Source of the DNA: an uncultured Alphaproteobacteria bacterium
GTDB taxonomy: Bacteria; Pseudomonadota; Alphaproteobacteria; RF32; CAG-239
Direction: 5' to 3'
Assembly (NCBI GenBank): GCA_944391425.1
Contig: CALXTO010000003.1
Span: 4,787 to 68,786, forward strand
DNA: 64,000 nucleotides
Part shown: positions 61,942-64,000 of the stretch, in pieces
Position numbering within the stretch: position 1 is the first letter of the stretch
How the letters are laid out: each line of letters begins with the position of its first letter
Position numbers and translations under genes: made by a program
The notes under the pieces: generated by a model
Database searches by the model: none
Seen by the model: the letters and a program-made list of their open reading frames with translations, nothing else
Told to the model about the DNA's origin: nothing

Positions 61942-63369
61942 ATGAGTAAGCGCATGAAAAATAAACTGCTTCCCAAATCCAAGATTTTCAAGAAAAAGAA
62001 AAAAAACAATTCTAAAAAGGAATATCATTTCGGCTTAGGGCCGAAGATGATTAATTCCATGAACATCGCCCTTCGTGAGGACGATATTATCCATGTGCGT
62101 AAAATTGTCGAAGGATTGTCGGAATATGACTTGGCGAATCTTATTGAAGCCTTGCCTCTGGGCGACCGCAAAAAGTTAATTGAAATACTCGGCGACAAAA
62201 TCAATCCGGAAGTTTTTCCGGAATTGAACGATGTTGTGCAGGAACAGGTTATTGATACTCTGGATGAGCCGCAAATCGTCAAGATTGCCAATGAACTTGA
62301 TTCTGATGAAGTCGTCGAAATTCTGGAACACATGGATGAGGATGAGCAAAAAAGCATCATCAAACAACTTGATCCGGAATTAAAATATCAGGTACAGTCT
62401 TCAATGTCTTATCCCGAGGATTCGGCGGGACGTTTGATGACACGTGAATTCGTAAGCATGCCAGATTGGTGGACAGTGAAGGAAGCCAAGGAATATTTGC
62501 TGAAAAACGAAGAACTGCCCGAAGATTTTTACGATATCTTTCTGACAGACGAGAAGTTTCATCCTACCGGACAGATTGCTTTGGACAAGTTGCTCCGTGC
62601 CAAACCGTCCGAACAGCTCTTTGACGTTATGGATGGTGAAATCGTTCCCGTCAGCGTTACGACTGATCAAGAGGAAGTTGCTCATATGTTTCGCGAATAC
62701 GGCTGGATGTCGGCGATGGTGGTCGACAACAAAGGCCATTTGATCGGGGCGATTTTGATTGATGACGTGGTTGACGTTATTCATGAAGAAGCTTCGGAAG
62801 ACATTATGCATCTGTCCGGTGCCGAAGAAGGGGACGTTTACAAGTCGGTTTTTTCAATTTTTCGTTCACGGGTCGTGTGGCTGTTGACTAATCTGGCAGC
62901 GACCATTGTTGCGGCTTCAGTGGTTAAGGGGTTTCAGGATATTATTGCCCAGATTTCGGTTTTGGCGGTTTTGATGCCGATTGTAGCTTCAATGGGCGGC
63001 ACGACAGGAAACCAGACTCTGGCGGTTGTTGTCAGGGCTCTGGCAACCAAAGAACTGACATCGACCAATACGTTGCGGATGATTTTAAAGGAGTTTTTGG
63101 TCGGTTTGAGCAACGGGATGCTGTTTGCGGGACTGATCGGTGTTATCACCCATTTGTGGTTTCCGGATTATAATGTTATCAGCCTGATTATTGCAGTGGC
63201 CATGTTGATTAATCTGACGATTGCCAGCCTGGCGGGAATTTTGATTCCTCTGACGCTGAATAAGCTGAAGGTCGACCCGGCCATTTCGTCCGGTGTGTTT
63301 TTGATTGCGGTAACCGATTCCGGAGGATTTTTTGTCTTTTTGGGGTTGGCTAAGCTGTTGTTGTTTTAG
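61942..63369 (+). CDS. mgtE: magnesium transporter MgtE
   Basis: N-domain, tandem CBS domains and a C-terminal five-TM domain (MPIVASMGGTTGNQ). Lys-rich N-terminal extension. Confidence 0.85.
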   Translation: MSKRMKNKLLPKSKIFKKKKKNNSKKEYHFGLGPKMINSMNIALREDDIIHVRKIVEGLSEYDLANLIEALPLGDRKKLIEILGDKINPEVFPELNDVVQEQVIDTLDEPQIVKIANELDSDEVVEILEHMDEDEQKSIIKQLDPELKYQVQSSMSYPEDSAGRLMTREFVSMPDWWTVKEAKEYLLKNEELPEDFYDIFLTDEKFHPTGQIALDKLLRAKPSEQLFDVMDGEIVPVSVTTDQEEVAHMFREYGWMSAMVVDNKGHLIGAILIDDVVDVIHEEASEDIMHLSGAEEGDVYKSVFSIFRSRVVWLLTNLAATIVAASVVKGFQDIIAQISVLAVLMPIVASMGGTTGNQTLAVVVRALATKELTSTNTLRMILKEFLVGLSNGMLFAGLIGVITHLWFPDYNVISLIIAVAMLINLTIASLAGILIPLTLNKLKVDPAISSGVFLIAVTDSGGFFVFLGLAKLLLF

Positions 63370-63455
63370 GCTTGTTTATATCTTTGACTTCTTGCTTTTT
63401 ATTTGCCGATTATGCCATTATAATCGGGTGAGTTTTGTTTTCTTAGGAGTTTACC

Positions 63456-63932
63456 GTGTTATTGGGATTAAGCGTTGCTTTGGCGGCTTTGTTGTTGGAT
63501 CAGCTCAGCAAATATTATGTTTTGCACGAGGTTTTGGGGGAAATGTCGGCCATTGCGTATACTTCTTTTTTTAATCTGGTGCGCGCATGGAACACCGGGG
63601 TGAGTTTTTCTATGTTTAATGACTACGGCAGCTTGGGGACAATTATGCTTTCGGTTGTCGCTTCAGGGATTGTCCTGTTTTTACTGGTTTGGCTGAAAGA
63701 TGAGGAAAACAGCCTGTCTCAGATTGCTCTCGGCCTGGTCATTGGCGGCGCTGTAGGAAATATCATCGACCGGGTGCGATTGGGCGCCGTATTTGATTTT
63801 TTGGATTTTCATGTTGCAGGTCATCATTGGCCGGCATTCAACCTGGCAGATTCTTTTATCTGCATCGGGGCTGCAATTTTGGTTTTGCAGGGTATATTTA
63901 ATGTCATTAATAAAGAAGGGGTCAAAAAATGA
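63456..63932 (+). CDS. lspA: lipoprotein signal peptidase II
   Basis: NTGVSFSMF, GAVGNIIDRV and FNLADSFICIGA motifs. GTG start with a TAGGAG SD. Confidence 0.85.
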   Translation: MLLGLSVALAALLLDQLSKYYVLHEVLGEMSAIAYTSFFNLVRAWNTGVSFSMFNDYGSLGTIMLSVVASGIVLFLLVWLKDEENSLSQIALGLVIGGAVGNIIDRVRLGAVFDFLDFHVAGHHWPAFNLADSFICIGAAILVLQGIFNVINKEGVKK

Positions 63933-64000
63933 TAAGAATTTTTGCCTTTGCCGTTTTGGCAGTACTGTCTTTGAGCGCTTGTTCCACAGCTACCAAAGAG
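63929..64000 (+). CDS. 5' end of a lipoprotein gene (partial, runs off the window)
   Basis: MIRIFAFAVLAVLSLSACSTATKE lipobox signal; the ATG overlaps the lspA stop. Confidence 0.4.
   Translation, partial: MIRIFAFAVLAVLSLSACSTATKE

Overview
This 64 kb window is a gene-dense stretch of bacterial chromosome. It is most likely alphaproteobacterial: the atpHAGDC sub-operon sits downstream of priA, the flagellin has alphaproteobacterial-type termini, an Irr-like Fur-family regulator lies next to mbfA, and RpoD carries a long acidic spacer. Overall GC is about 45-48%. Nearly all of it is housekeeping: nusB-def-fmt, macAB-like efflux, trxB, greA, dnaG-rpoD, recA, fabI, sppA, gatCAB, priA, xerC, rnr, xth, dgt, nagZ, recJ, mgtE, lspA, rpmG, two tRNAs, a malQ/maltokinase-like pair and a sugE/gdx gene. 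No CRISPR array, integrase or transposase is visible. The second looks are these: (1) a truncated duplicate of the 5' end of a large flagellin gene, including its RBS, fused to a GC-rich (~70% GC) tail; a similar GC-rich insert interrupts a partial second copy of the tRNA(CAU) gene, and both junctions sit at the same GAGCAGGCC motif, so this may be a small undescribed repeat or mobile element family; (2) a 45-bp direct repeat of the tRNA-Leu 3' end about 165 bp downstream, which looks like an att-site scar; (3) a candidate guanidine-I (ykkC-like) leader upstream of sugE/gdx; (4) a 13-cysteine metallothionein-like ORF that runs straight into trxB; (5) a three-gene ORFan cluster between fmt and macA; (6) a Lys-rich N-terminal extension on AtpD; (7) a DUF192 lipoprotein with 27-bp tandem repeats, translationally coupled to a possibly Panacea-like gene. 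Two real genes shorter than 60 aa are missing from the ORF track: rpmG, and a 59-aa membrane protein downstream of nagZ. Domain assignments come from remembered motif patterns, not database searches.
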